A stretch of DNA of 64,000 bases, from assembly GCA_003971905.1 (NCBI GenBank), contig RSEE01000056.1:372001-436000 (forward strand), read 5' to 3'. Below are positions 63,063 to 64,000 of this stretch, in pieces (within the stretch, counting starts at the first letter, position 1; each line of letters begins with the position of its first letter). The position numbers and the translations under genes are program-made. The DNA is from Moniliella sp. 'wahieum' (taxonomy: Eukaryota). Below the pieces are notes generated by a model that worked only from the letters and a program-made list of their open reading frames with translations, had not been told where the DNA came from and did no database searches.

Positions 63063-64000
63063 CATGCTTTGCGGCTGCCCCTCACGCATCGCCCAGCGCC
63101 TCGGCTGTTGCTGGGGCTGGGCGGGGATTGGGTTGGGTTGGGTGTTGCGCCGGCTGCTCCTCTCCATCCCCCCTCCGCCTCGGCCATGGCCAGCCCACAC
63201 GCCTCCCCCTGGGCCTCCTCCGGGCCTCCTCCTGGGCCTCTGCCTGCCTCTGCCTCTGCCTCTGTCTCTGCCTCTGCCGCCGCCACCGCCACGGCCACCG
63301 CCTCCCCCTCCTCCTCCCGCTCGGCCCACTCCCCACCCATCTCTCCCCGGCCCTCACCCGCCTCGTCGTCGTTTGCACCCGCTCCGCCAGCCGCTTCGCC
63401 ATCTGCGTTGCCATCTGCTTCGCCCTCTGCCTCCACTGCCTCCACCGCCTCCATCGCCTCCACAGGCCACGCGCCCCATCGGCGCCAGGCACATCCTCCC
63501 ACTGGGGCCCACTCGTCGGTCTTTGCCTCGGCTTCTCCTTCGGCCTCGGCCTCTGCCTCTACCTCTGCCTCTGCCTCTACCTCTGCCTCGGCCTCGGTCT
63601 CTACTTCTGCATCTGCCTCCCACTCTGCATCCTCCGGCTCAGAATCCGACTCGGACTCCGACTCGAGCAACGTGCCGCTGCCCGGTGGCAACACCAACGG
63701 CACCATTGCCCACCCAGGCGACTACCACAACGCCACCCTCTTCACCCTAACCAATCGCGGTGGCGCCGGTGAGTTTGTCTACACCCTCCCCCTCACCATT
63801 GCCAACCAGTCCGTCCTGGTCCAAGCCGACACGGGCTCCAGCGACCTGTTCCTCGCCTCGACCGATTGCCACTCGGCTGCGTGCACACAAGGAGCAGACC
63901 AAGGCCTCCACCTCTTCGATGGCTCCCAACTGTCCAACCGCGAGATCACTGTCCCGCTCGCCTACCCCGCGGGCAAGGTGGTCGGCTCCATTGTCACCTC
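63063..64000 (+). CDS. Pepsin-family (A1) aspartic protease, 5' part, runs off the window end
   Basis: EFVYTLPLTIANQSVLVQADTGSSDLFLAS..C..AAC..LFD..V.LAY..G.V.G (first DTG catalytic motif, ~63827). Preceded by a low-complexity (TCTGCC)n Ser/Ala propeptide-like region. The start is uncertain. Confidence 0.8.

Overview
Eukaryotic, GC-rich, intron-poor fungal DNA, probably a basidiomycete (Ustilaginomycotina-like; inferred from protein sequences and GTRCGT...CTRAC...YAG introns). It carries many 1-bp indels that look like long-read errors, so most genes are split across several ORFs in the supplied track. About 20 protein genes can be rebuilt: perilipin/Cap20-like, Pho85 cyclin, 2OG-Fe(II) oxygenase, RAM2, PUT2, purine nucleoside permease, a bacterial-type NAD(P)H oxidoreductase, NDUFA8, mito-L13, NDUFA13, HAM1, AXL2-like, enoyl-CoA hydratase, loosenin-like, RPP1, Est1/SMG-like, AAT, DOA10 and an aspartic protease, plus two hypothetical genes. 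There is also an intron-containing tRNA-Asp(GTC). Two LTR elements stand out. One is a near-intact 5.56-kb Ty1/Copia (30403-35959, TSD CACTT). The other is a non-autonomous LTR-int-LTR-int-LTR tandem element (51016-53546, TSD CAGAG) with different LTR bodies but the same non-canonical primer-binding site (GAGYTACAATC) and a near-identical polypurine-tract region, suggesting a helper/parasite pair with an unusual priming mode. Separately, many intergenic regions carry 7-bp-phased arrays of A-N4-T hexamers, often palindromic and of differing sequence, which look like a cis-element class. Gene ends are approximate where frameshifts obscure them.
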